A DNA stretch of 28,562 nucleotides from a virus (lineage: Duplodnaviria > Caudoviricetes), in the IMG/VR virus record IMGVR_UViG_3300044948_000016, positions 1 through 28,562 of that record. The stretch is one strand, 5' to 3'. Positions 16,327 to 24,136 of the stretch are shown here, one piece after another. The notes under the pieces were generated by a model. It saw nothing but the letters and a program-made list of their open reading frames with translations, did no database searches and had not been told where the DNA came from. How positions within the stretch are numbered: position 1 is the first letter of the stretch; the number at the start of each line of letters is the position of its first letter. The translations under genes were made by a program, and so were the position numbers.

Positions 16327-16493
16327 TGACACTCTACGACAAAATCAAAGCCTTGTACCCTTCCTTGGAAGACAAAGACTTCATGGACACCATCCGTCTA
16401 CAAAACGACAGCGATGGCAAAGGTGACTACATTGCCAAGTGGGAACACCCCACCTATGCACGACCAACACAGGAGCAATTAAATGGGAGTTAA
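16323..16493 (+). CDS. XkdW/YorD-like small protein, putative fibre chaperone (absent from the ORF track)
   Basis: Hand translation: MMTLYDKIKALYPSLEDKDFMDTIRLQNDSDGKGDYIAKWEHPTYARPTQEQLNGS. ATGA overlap. LQNDSDG.G.YI..W motif. Confidence 0.8.
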   Translation: MMTLYDKIKALYPSLEDKDFMDTIRLQNDSDGKGDYIAKWEHPTYARPTQEQLNGS

Positions 16494-17019
16494 ACTCGCA
16501 GCGGCAAGCGGTGGAAGCATCGAACTTGTCCCAACAAACACAGCTAGTAACTTTACGGTGACGGTTCCTGCGGTGACGGCAACGATGCTGACAACGGCTA
16601 CGGCTGGCACTGTATTGCAGGTGGTTAATGCTACAACTTCAACAGCAGTTACAAACGCATCTGTTACTTATGCTGATACAGGTTTAACTGCTTCAATTAC
16701 ACCAACATCCACAACCAGCAAAATTCTTGTATTAGTAAGTCAAAATGGTGTTTACAAAAGCACTTCTGACACTTCTGCAAATTTCAAATTATTAAGAAAC
16801 TCTACTGATTTATCTATATTTTGCAGATATGGTGCTGCATCAGGTTCAACTGCATTTATTGGTGTTGCTTCTGCAAGCACTAATTATTTAGATAGTCCAG
16901 CGACAACTTCATCTACAACTTACAAAACACAAATTGCATCAGATTCAGGTACTTCTCTTGCTGGTTGCCAAGTTGCTTCCGTAGTTTCTACAATTACTCT
17001 TATGGAGATTGCAGCATGA
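16483..17019 (+). CDS. Fibre tip / receptor-binding protein 2
   Basis: SD AGGAG. GTVLQVV...DTGLTASITPTSTTSKILV...LDSPATTSSTTYK...STITLMEIAA fibre-tip pattern. Confidence 0.75.
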   Translation: MGVKLAAASGGSIELVPTNTASNFTVTVPAVTATMLTTATAGTVLQVVNATTSTAVTNASVTYADTGLTASITPTSTTSKILVLVSQNGVYKSTSDTSANFKLLRNSTDLSIFCRYGAASGSTAFIGVASASTNYLDSPATTSSTTYKTQIASDSGTSLAGCQVASVVSTITLMEIAA

Positions 17020-17273
17020 ACAAGCACCAAGCAATTTACGCAACTCATCCAGACGTTAAAGTCATCCGTGGCGATGAAGCTTTTGACGCTGCTGGCAACC
17101 CTGTTCAATACAGCGAGGTTGCTGTGCAAGCCTACATGGATGCCAACGCATACAAAGAAAAACGTGCAGCAGCATACCCATCAATTGCAGACCAACTTGA
17201 CCTGCTGTACCACGGCGGCATGGACACTTGGAAGGCAGCAATCACAGCGGTAAAAGAGGAGTTTCCAAAATGA
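17016..17273 (+). CDS. Putative tail fibre assembly chaperone
   Basis: SD GGAG, ATGA overlap. YKEKRAAAYPSIADQLDLLYH..W...I.AVKEEFPK motif. Confidence 0.75.
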   Translation: MNKHQAIYATHPDVKVIRGDEAFDAAGNPVQYSEVAVQAYMDANAYKEKRAAAYPSIADQLDLLYHGGMDTWKAAITAVKEEFPK

Positions 17274-17314
17274 CCACATCAATAGGCGGCACAACAAGGT
17301 TTGGCAATGAGTAA
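17270..17314 (+). pseudogene. Stub of a fibre gene 5' end left upstream of the endonuclease
   Basis: Strong SD GAGGAG and ATGA overlap. Reads MTTSIGGTTRFGNE*. Removing one A gives MTTSIGGTTGLA, similar to MSVSVNGTNGLT at 18083. Confidence 0.55.
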
Positions 17315-18098
17315 TTTTGCACCTACTGCTTTGCTCGTGATGACGCACAGGGTCACAGGGTTGAAGTATTTCTGCAAAACAGCACAACTGAATACGCTAA
17401 AGTATTACAGAGGTAGTGGGCATTACTGGAAACGTCATTTAAAAGTTCATGGCAAAGACATTGACGTAGGCGTTCTCGGTGTTTACTTTGAAGAAGCTAG
17501 ATGCCTTGCTGCCGCAAAAGAATTTAGTGAACTGCATGACGTTGCAAACAACCCAGAGTGGGCCAACCTGATTGCAGAAAATGGTGTTGACGGTGCGCCA
17601 TCTGGAGTTAACCACCCCATGTACGGGAAGCCAAGCCCATCTAAAGGGCAGAAGCGTCCTTGGGTTGGAAAAAGTGGTGCTGATAACCCCATGTTCGGAA
17701 CAGTTTGGTCTGAGGAGCGCCGTAAACAAGCAGTCCTTTCCCGCACAGGGCGACCCTTAAACCGCCCCTTGGGAAGCAAATCAGGCATGAAAGGTAAGGT
17801 ATACCCAGAGTCAGGCAAGTTAAAATTGTCGCTGGCTTTAACTGGTCGTGTTAGCCCGAATTGGGGCAAATTGGCAAGTGAAGAAACCAAGGCAAAAATG
17901 AGCGCATCACAGAAGCAATACTGGGATTCTTTGGAAACTCACCCCAATGCGGGAAAAGTTGCTTCTTTGGAAACCAGAGCAAAGATGTCGGCATCAAAAC
18001 GCAGCCAAGTCCAATCGGAAGAAACTAAACTAAAACGCTCTGAATCTATCACAGCGTGGCACAAACAACGCAAGGAGTCGCTATGTCAGTCAGTGTGA
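17307..18098 (+). CDS. Free-standing GIY-YIG-like (Seg-type) homing endonuclease with NUMOD3 repeats
   Basis: Degenerate catalytic N-terminus (TGLKYFCKT...YRGSGHYWKRHLKVHG...WANL) plus multiple NUMOD3-like repeats (NPMFG..WSEERR, GKLASEETKAKMS, GKVASLETRAKMS). Confidence 0.8.
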   Translation: MSNFAPTALLVMTHRVTGLKYFCKTAQLNTLKYYRGSGHYWKRHLKVHGKDIDVGVLGVYFEEARCLAAAKEFSELHDVANNPEWANLIAENGVDGAPSGVNHPMYGKPSPSKGQKRPWVGKSGADNPMFGTVWSEERRKQAVLSRTGRPLNRPLGSKSGMKGKVYPESGKLKLSLALTGRVSPNWGKLASEETKAKMSASQKQYWDSLETHPNAGKVASLETRAKMSASKRSQVQSEETKLKRSESITAWHKQRKESLCQSV

Positions 18099-19135
18099 AT
18101 GGAACCAATGGTTTGACGTTTAACGACGCTACAACCCAGAATACAAGTGCGTTTTATGGTGGCCTAGCCATGCGCAACCGCATCATCAACGGCGCAATGG
18201 TGATAGACCAGCGTAATGCTGGGGCTAGTGTTACTCCTGCAACAGGTGCATTTTTAGTTGATAGATGGCAATATGCAGCTACCCAAGCATCTAAATTTAC
18301 TGCACAGCAGACTCCAAGTGCAACTGAAACTGGATTTGCAACTCGTGTTTCGGCTGGCTTTACAAACTATCAGGCATTGACTGTTGCATCTGCTGTTTCT
18401 GTTGGCGCTGGAGATACTTTTTATTTAAAACAAACCATTGAAGGGTTTAATGTTGCAGATTTAGCATGGGGTACTGCTAACGCTAAAACTGTCACTTTGT
18501 CATTTTTGGCATATAGCTCATTAACAGGAACTTTTGGCGGCTCATTATTTAATTCTAGCGGCGCAAGAAGTTATCCATTTAGCTATTCGATACCTACGGC
18601 AAACACTTGGACGCAAATTTCTGTAACTATTGCGGGAGATACGTCAGGAACTTGGCTTACAACAAACGGTATTGGCATAGCTGTTAACTTTGGTCTGGGT
18701 TCAGGCTCAACTTTTACAACAACTGCTAACGCATGGGCGGCTGGTACTTATGTTCAACCAAACTCAACTGTTTCAGTAGTCGGCACAAGCGGAGCCACCT
18801 TCTACATCACAGGCGTACAGTTTGAAAAAGGCAGCACAGCCACATCGTTTGACTATCGGCCTTATGGGACGGAGTTGCTGCTGTGTCAGCGGTACTACCA
18901 AGAAGCGTGTTCTGTTGTTGCAACTACAAGCGCGTACATAAATCATCTTCGGTTGCCTGTATCTATGCGTATAGGGCCATCAATTGGCACGATTACATTT
19001 GATGCCGGGACAGGCGCATCATTTGGACTTGTTGGAAATACAGGGGGGGGCACTGCTGGACTTAGCTTGTATCAAGCATCTAATCATTCAGTAATTGCAA
19101 CAGCCCAAAAAATCCCTCTTTCTGCGGAGTTATAA
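18083..19135 (+). CDS. Tail fibre / receptor-binding protein 3 with carbohydrate-binding-like domain
   Basis: SD AAGGAG, ATG 18083. RNRIINGAMVIDQRN...VDRW...YITGVQFEKGSTATSFDYRPYGTELLLCQRYY. Confidence 0.8.
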   Translation: MSVSVNGTNGLTFNDATTQNTSAFYGGLAMRNRIINGAMVIDQRNAGASVTPATGAFLVDRWQYAATQASKFTAQQTPSATETGFATRVSAGFTNYQALTVASAVSVGAGDTFYLKQTIEGFNVADLAWGTANAKTVTLSFLAYSSLTGTFGGSLFNSSGARSYPFSYSIPTANTWTQISVTIAGDTSGTWLTTNGIGIAVNFGLGSGSTFTTTANAWAAGTYVQPNSTVSVVGTSGATFYITGVQFEKGSTATSFDYRPYGTELLLCQRYYQEACSVVATTSAYINHLRLPVSMRIGPSIGTITFDAGTGASFGLVGNTGGGTAGLSLYQASNHSVIATAQKIPLSAEL

Positions 19136-19294
19136 ATGCTAACCTACACATTAAAAAATGGAATTGACGGAAAGCCAAATTCTGTAATTTGCTCAAACGG
19201 ATGGACTGTTCCTTTTGTTGAAGGAAATACAGACTACGCCGAATACCTAAAGTGGCTTGCTGAGGGCAACACACCCCTACCTGCGGACGAATGA
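19136..19294 (+). CDS. Putative tail fibre assembly chaperone, 52 aa (absent from the ORF track)
   Basis: Hand translation: MLTYTLKNGIDGKPNSVICSNGWTVPFVEGNTDYAEYLKWLAEGNTPLPADE. Abuts the upstream stop. Confidence 0.8.
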   Translation: MLTYTLKNGIDGKPNSVICSNGWTVPFVEGNTDYAEYLKWLAEGNTPLPADE

Positions 19295-19464
19295 TTGATG
19301 CAATTGCTTCTGCTCAAGTACCGTGGCCCAATACCGAGACAAAAATCGTGTTGGTGTGCCGCGTCGTACTGCCGAGCGAGAAGTATGGAGCCAATGAGTT
19401 TTTAGACAAGGACGGGAGGGTGTGCCGCTGGGTTGTGGAGGTCAAGAATGATCGACCCAATTAG
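19291..19464 (+). CDS. 57-aa hypothetical protein with two Cys (absent from the ORF track)
   Basis: ATGA overlap. MIDAIASAQVPWPNTETKIVLVCRVVLPSEKYGANEFLDKDGRVCRWVVEVKNDRPN. Fills the gap to the next gene. Confidence 0.65.
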   Translation: MIDAIASAQVPWPNTETKIVLVCRVVLPSEKYGANEFLDKDGRVCRWVVEVKNDRPN

Positions 19465-19921
19465 CGCATTCGCCATAGCACAGGGTGCTATAAAAGGAAT
19501 CCAAGCCGCAATCAAAATGGGCAAGGATGTCCAAGGCATCACGAATGACGTGATAAAGTTCTTCGACGCTAAGGAAAAGGTTGCCAAGGAAGCGGTCAAA
19601 GACCCAAAGAAGAAATACTCTTCTGACACCAGCCAAGCGATGAGCACAGTGATGCAATTGCATGAACTGAATAAAGCTGAAGAAGAACTCAAGTGGCACT
19701 TTATCAATCAGGGCCAGAGTCAGTTGTGGAGTCAGATTCTGCTTGAGCGCAACAGCATAGTGCAGCGCAGACGAACGCAAGAGATATTGGATGCTAGGGC
19801 GGCTAAAAACCGCAAGCAAGAAATAGACGAAGCCATCACGATGGGGCTTTGCATACTGGTAGCCGCTGCCATATTTTTCTTGGTGGCGTGGGGAATTATT
19901 GCAATGAAAGGCAAGCTGTGA
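19448..19921 (+). CDS. Coiled-coil protein with C-terminal transmembrane helix (lysis-region membrane protein)
   Basis: SD GGAGG, ATG 19448. MIDPISAFAIAQGAIKGI amphipathic N-terminus. C-terminal GLCILVAAAIFFLVAWGII. Confidence 0.75.
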   Translation: MIDPISAFAIAQGAIKGIQAAIKMGKDVQGITNDVIKFFDAKEKVAKEAVKDPKKKYSSDTSQAMSTVMQLHELNKAEEELKWHFINQGQSQLWSQILLERNSIVQRRRTQEILDARAAKNRKQEIDEAITMGLCILVAAAIFFLVAWGIIAMKGKL

Positions 19922-20535
19922 GCGAAGGAACTTTAAACGCTAATTCAACCCTTGACAAAGTTCTTGGGTATGTAGATTCGCCGTTTAAACTTGCCGCTAT
20001 CCTTGTCATGGGCGTAGTTGCTTTTGCTGGTTACTTTGTGTACACAAACCAAGACCTGCTTATTGGGGCTTACAAAGAATCCAAGAAAATACCTAGCATT
20101 GCCGAGGACAGGGTTGAAGATGCCTCTGCCCACCTGTTCAAAACCACAAACGCCACTATTGTTGCGGTGTTCAAAGTCAACCCGATGTTTGGCACTAGGG
20201 TTCTTTACCGGGCCTATGCCAAGGATGGGCGAGACAAAACCAATGACGGGCTGGATGTTGGCCTGTTCACAAACAACGCAGCCAACAATGCAGATGTTGT
20301 TAAATTGATGGCAAACGAAATCCCTTGCGGTGAGTACCGCACAGCGCAGTCTGAAATGGGTATTTGGTACATTAACAAGGGCGTTACCTATACTTGCAGA
20401 ATCAGTGTTCCACCAGAGCCGGGGCGGTTTGTGGGGCAGATAACCGTGGGATGGGAAACCGAACCCGAAAACTTAGAATCAGCACGAACCATGCTGAGTA
20501 TTGCTGCAACCATGCTTTCAAGGAGTAAACAATAA
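19918..20535 (+). CDS. Single-TM protein with GAF-like periplasmic domain, resembling T4 holin T
   Basis: GTGA overlap at 19918. One TM (LAAILVMGVVAFAGYFVY), then a globular domain with a Cys pair and TYTCRISVP...FVGQITVGW. Confidence 0.5.
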   Translation: MSEGTLNANSTLDKVLGYVDSPFKLAAILVMGVVAFAGYFVYTNQDLLIGAYKESKKIPSIAEDRVEDASAHLFKTTNATIVAVFKVNPMFGTRVLYRAYAKDGRDKTNDGLDVGLFTNNAANNADVVKLMANEIPCGEYRTAQSEMGIWYINKGVTYTCRISVPPEPGRFVGQITVGWETEPENLESARTMLSIAATMLSRSKQ

Positions 20536-21026
20536 TGGATTGGCTAAAACAAATCGCACCTACTATTGCAACCGCAATGGGTGGCCCATTTGGGTCGTTG
20601 GCTTATGGAATGGTGGCAAAAGTCATGGGTATCTCGCCCGAAGACGCACAAAAGACTATTGAATCAGGCAAGTTAACAGCAGACCAAATTGCTCAAATAA
20701 AACTTGCTGAAATTGAGTTGCAGAAACAAGCCAATGAACTTGGTCTTAACTTTGAAAAGTTGGAAGTTGAAGACCGCAAATCAGCACGGGATATGCAAGC
20801 CTCAACGAAGTCAATCGTGCCGCCTTTGCTGGCTGGTGCTGTGACTATTGGCTTTTTTAGCATCATGGTGCTGATGTTTTTTAACAAGATTGACAGCAGC
20901 AACCCTGCCATCTTGATGATGCTTGGCTCACTGGGTACTGCTTGGACGGGGATTATTTCTTACTATTTTGGCTCATCGGCAAGTTCTCAAAACAAAACAG
21001 ATTTATTGTCAAAGGCAGCAAAATGA
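20535..21026 (+). CDS. Holin (GTA 3TM-holin-like)
   Basis: IAPTIATAMGGP, EVEDRKSARDMQ, two C-terminal TMs ending IISYYFGSS. Directly before the endolysin. Confidence 0.7.
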   Translation: MDWLKQIAPTIATAMGGPFGSLAYGMVAKVMGISPEDAQKTIESGKLTADQIAQIKLAEIELQKQANELGLNFEKLEVEDRKSARDMQASTKSIVPPLLAGAVTIGFFSIMVLMFFNKIDSSNPAILMMLGSLGTAWTGIISYYFGSSASSQNKTDLLSKAAK

Positions 21027-21454
21027 CACACCTAAGTAAACACTTCACCCTTGACGAACTGACCGTCACCGACCACCGTGAGTTTGACAACAGCCCAACA
21101 CAAGAAGAAATAAGCAACCTGCAACGCTTGGCGCAATTGCTGGAGCAGGTCAAGGAAACCCTTGGCGGCAAGCCTGTAATGATTAACTCTGCGTTCCGCA
21201 GTAAGCAGGTCAATGATGCAGTTGGAAGTTCTGACAAGTCGCAGCATCGTAAGGGTTGCGCGGCTGACCTCCGAGTACCGGGAGTTACCCCTGATGAGGT
21301 AGTCCGTGCAGTCATTGCTGCGGGTTTACCCTATGACCAGATCATCCGTGAATTTGACCGTTGGACGCACATCAGCATCCCCAACACAGAAGACGCAGAA
21401 CCCAGAGGAGTTGCGCTTATCATCGACCGCAGCGGTACTCGACCTTTTGCCTAA
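21023..21454 (+). CDS. Endolysin, peptidase M15A family
   Basis: ATGA overlap. LSKHFTLDEL...INSAFRS..VN.AVG....SQH.KG.AAD...W.HIS, with Zn ligands H, D, H. Confidence 0.9.
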   Translation: MTHLSKHFTLDELTVTDHREFDNSPTQEEISNLQRLAQLLEQVKETLGGKPVMINSAFRSKQVNDAVGSSDKSQHRKGCAADLRVPGVTPDEVVRAVIAAGLPYDQIIREFDRWTHISIPNTEDAEPRGVALIIDRSGTRPFA

Positions 21455-21472
21455 TTCATGGGAAAATGAGCC

Positions 21473-23836
21473 ATGAGTTTACAAAAAATTTTGCTCAAGC
21501 CCGGTGTTAACCGAGAAGGAACCCGACTGACAACGGAAGGTGGGTACTATGAATCCGACAACATTAGGTTCCGTTTTGGTACGCCAGAGAAGATCGGGGG
21601 GTGGGCGCGTATATCTTCAGCAGTATTTGTAGGCGTATGCCGTTCTTTGTCAAACTGGGTCACGCTGGGCTTTTTAAACCTGCTTGGTGTTGGCACGAAC
21701 TTAAAGTTCTACATTGAACTTGGTGGTCTCTACCGGGACATTACCCCTATCCGCGCTGAATCCACGTTGACCGACCCCTTCACAACAGTAAACCTATCCA
21801 CTACCGTAACAGTAACGGACGCTGCGGGTGGTTATGTGGATGGGGACTTTGTTACGTTTTTTGGCGGCACAGCCGTGGGCGGCATCACCATCCTTGGCGA
21901 GTACCAGATTACTTTCCTAAGCGCGACTACCTACACCATTACATCTGCTACAGCAGCAACATCCTCGACTACGGGTGGCGGCACAGTCTATGCCGTGTAT
22001 CAAGTTAACGTGGGCCCCGCATATTCAGTTCCATCTGTTGGTTGGGGATCAGGCGCTTGGGGTTCGGGTTCTTGGGGCTTTGGAGCTACTACCCTGCTCA
22101 ATATGCGTATTTGGAACCAGAACAACTTTGGTCAAGACTTGCTTTTTGGGCCACGTAACGGGCCTCTGTACCTGTGGAATGCCAACATTGGGGTTACCCC
22201 AGTCGTTGCGACCATGACAATTGCGACCCCCTGCGTAGTCACCACAGCAGTAACACTAGCGGACAAAACAGCAATTACGTTTCAGACTGACGGGGCACTA
22301 CCTACAGGGCTTGTTGTGGGCACGGTGTACTACACACGGTATGTATCAAGCACCACATTTAATCTAGCTACATCCACAACTTCAAGTGCAGCGTTATCAG
22401 GCGTAACTATTACAGGGACAGCAGGGCAATTTGGTTGTACTTCCCCAAGTTTTGGGTTGGCTATTGGGCAGTCATTAGTAATTAGCGGAACCTTGGGTGG
22501 CACAGGCTCTATTACTGGATACACCGACCCCACAACTTATTACGTTATAGCCACCAATGGCGCTACAACATTTACCCTATCCACTACTGTAGGCGGTTCC
22601 GGGGTTACAACCACGGCAGGTGCGCCAACAGGTCTTACCTACACACTATCAACAACAATTAACACGTCGGGGTCTCAGTCTGGGACACACAAAATCTCTT
22701 CGCGGGGCATTGCGCTTACTGCATTAAACGGAGCATCGAGCGTTCCGCTGACACAGGCAAACTTTATTATTTCTGATGCAAGCCGTTTTACCATTTGTTT
22801 TGGAACCAATGACTTTGGAAGCACCGAGTTTGATCCCATGCTTATCCGCTGGTCTGACCAAGAGTCGTACCTAGAGTGGGCTCCCGCAATTACAAACCAA
22901 GCTGGTAGTATTCGCCTGTCGCACGGCTCTAAGATTGTCACCGCAATACAAAGCCGCCAAGAGATCGTGGTTTGGTCTGATTCGGCAATATATTCCCTGC
23001 AGTACCTTGGACCACCCTACGTCTGGGGCACACAACTTCTTGCTGATAACGTCTCAATTGCGGGGCCTAACGCCGCTGCTATTGGCTCTGGCGCTGTTTT
23101 CTGGATGGGCATAGACAAGTTCTATAAATACGACGGTCGAGTTCAGACCATGCGCTGTGACCTGCGCCAGTACATTTACAGTGACATCAATCTGCAGCAA
23201 GCCGACCAGATTTTTGCTAACACCAACGAGGGCTTTAACGAGATTTGGTTCTTCTACTGCTCCTCAAACTCCACTACCGTAGACCGCTACGTGATCTACA
23301 ACTATTTGGAAGACATCTGGATGTACGGCAATATGGCTCGCACAGCATGGCTGGATTCGGGTCTACGTACTTTTCCTATGGCGGCTACCTACTCATATAA
23401 CATTGTCAACCACGAGTCGGGTGTAGATGACAATACTGGCGACACTCCTATAGCCATTGAGTCAAGCATTACAAGCTCTCAGTTTGACATCGGTGACGGG
23501 CACAACATGGCGTTTGCTTGGCGTATGCTGCCGGACTTGACCTTCCGTGGCTCTACAGATGGGACTACACCTAGCCTAATAATGCAGCTTCTGCCATTGC
23601 AGAACTCCGGCTCTGGGTACAACAACCCCTTATCGGTGGGCGGTACAAGTGCTACAGCCTCACAAGCCGTAACAGCTACGCAGACATACCCTATTGAACT
23701 AGACACTTTCACTGGGCAGGTAAACATTCGGGTGCGCGGTCGCCAGATGTCAATGAAAGTAAGTTGCAACACGCTTGGTACTCAGTGGCAGCTAGGTAGC
23801 CCACGGGTGGACATCAGACCTGACGGCAGACGATAA
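21473..23836 (+). CDS. Tail hub / DNA stabilisation (nozzle) protein, P22 gp10-like
   Basis: 787 aa. KPGVNRE...RFRFGTPEKIGGW, IRWSDQE, beta-propeller-like repeats, RGRQMS..W.LG.PR.DIRPDGRR C-terminus. Precedes the ejection proteins. Confidence 0.7.
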   Translation: MSLQKILLKPGVNREGTRLTTEGGYYESDNIRFRFGTPEKIGGWARISSAVFVGVCRSLSNWVTLGFLNLLGVGTNLKFYIELGGLYRDITPIRAESTLTDPFTTVNLSTTVTVTDAAGGYVDGDFVTFFGGTAVGGITILGEYQITFLSATTYTITSATAATSSTTGGGTVYAVYQVNVGPAYSVPSVGWGSGAWGSGSWGFGATTLLNMRIWNQNNFGQDLLFGPRNGPLYLWNANIGVTPVVATMTIATPCVVTTAVTLADKTAITFQTDGALPTGLVVGTVYYTRYVSSTTFNLATSTTSSAALSGVTITGTAGQFGCTSPSFGLAIGQSLVISGTLGGTGSITGYTDPTTYYVIATNGATTFTLSTTVGGSGVTTTAGAPTGLTYTLSTTINTSGSQSGTHKISSRGIALTALNGASSVPLTQANFIISDASRFTICFGTNDFGSTEFDPMLIRWSDQESYLEWAPAITNQAGSIRLSHGSKIVTAIQSRQEIVVWSDSAIYSLQYLGPPYVWGTQLLADNVSIAGPNAAAIGSGAVFWMGIDKFYKYDGRVQTMRCDLRQYIYSDINLQQADQIFANTNEGFNEIWFFYCSSNSTTVDRYVIYNYLEDIWMYGNMARTAWLDSGLRTFPMAATYSYNIVNHESGVDDNTGDTPIAIESSITSSQFDIGDGHNMAFAWRMLPDLTFRGSTDGTTPSLIMQLLPLQNSGSGYNNPLSVGGTSATASQAVTATQTYPIELDTFTGQVNIRVRGRQMSMKVSCNTLGTQWQLGSPRVDIRPDGRR

Positions 23837-24136
23837 ATGGCACAAAAGAACGTAGTCGCCCCACGTCTTCCTGCTGCGCCGGATCAGTACGATCGTGCAT
23901 ACCAAGATCAATTTACCACCTTGCTGCGGTTGTATTTCAACCAACTAGATAACAGCGGCCCAATTAACATCGCCACACAACGCATCGGAGCCAATATAAT
24001 TGCGGCATTGAGCGCACCCCCTGTCCCCGGAACAGCCACTCCGAGCTTGCCAACTCAGGCAGATTTAGCTAACCTTCGTGTAGGCGATGTCTACTACGAT
24101 ACAACCGCCAGTAACGTGCTGAAAGTAAAAGTATGA
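23837..24136 (+). CDS. Small tail-associated protein
   Basis: Abuts the upstream stop. APRLPAAPDQYDR.Y..Q....LRLYFNQLD motif. Confidence 0.7.
   Translation: MAQKNVVAPRLPAAPDQYDRAYQDQFTTLLRLYFNQLDNSGPINIATQRIGANIIAALSAPPVPGTATPSLPTQADLANLRVGDVYYDTTASNVLKVKV

Noticed and set aside
17270-18098. Group I intron around the GIY-YIG-like gene (and around the HNH)
   Set aside because: There is no non-coding room for a ribozyme core. The ORFs abut or overlap their neighbours, and the downstream genes have their own starts.
14681-19135. Diversity-generating retroelement or invertible fibre cassette
   Set aside because: No reverse transcriptase, recombinase, adenine-variant template repeat or inverted repeats were seen. 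The shared module is conserved at the protein level only.
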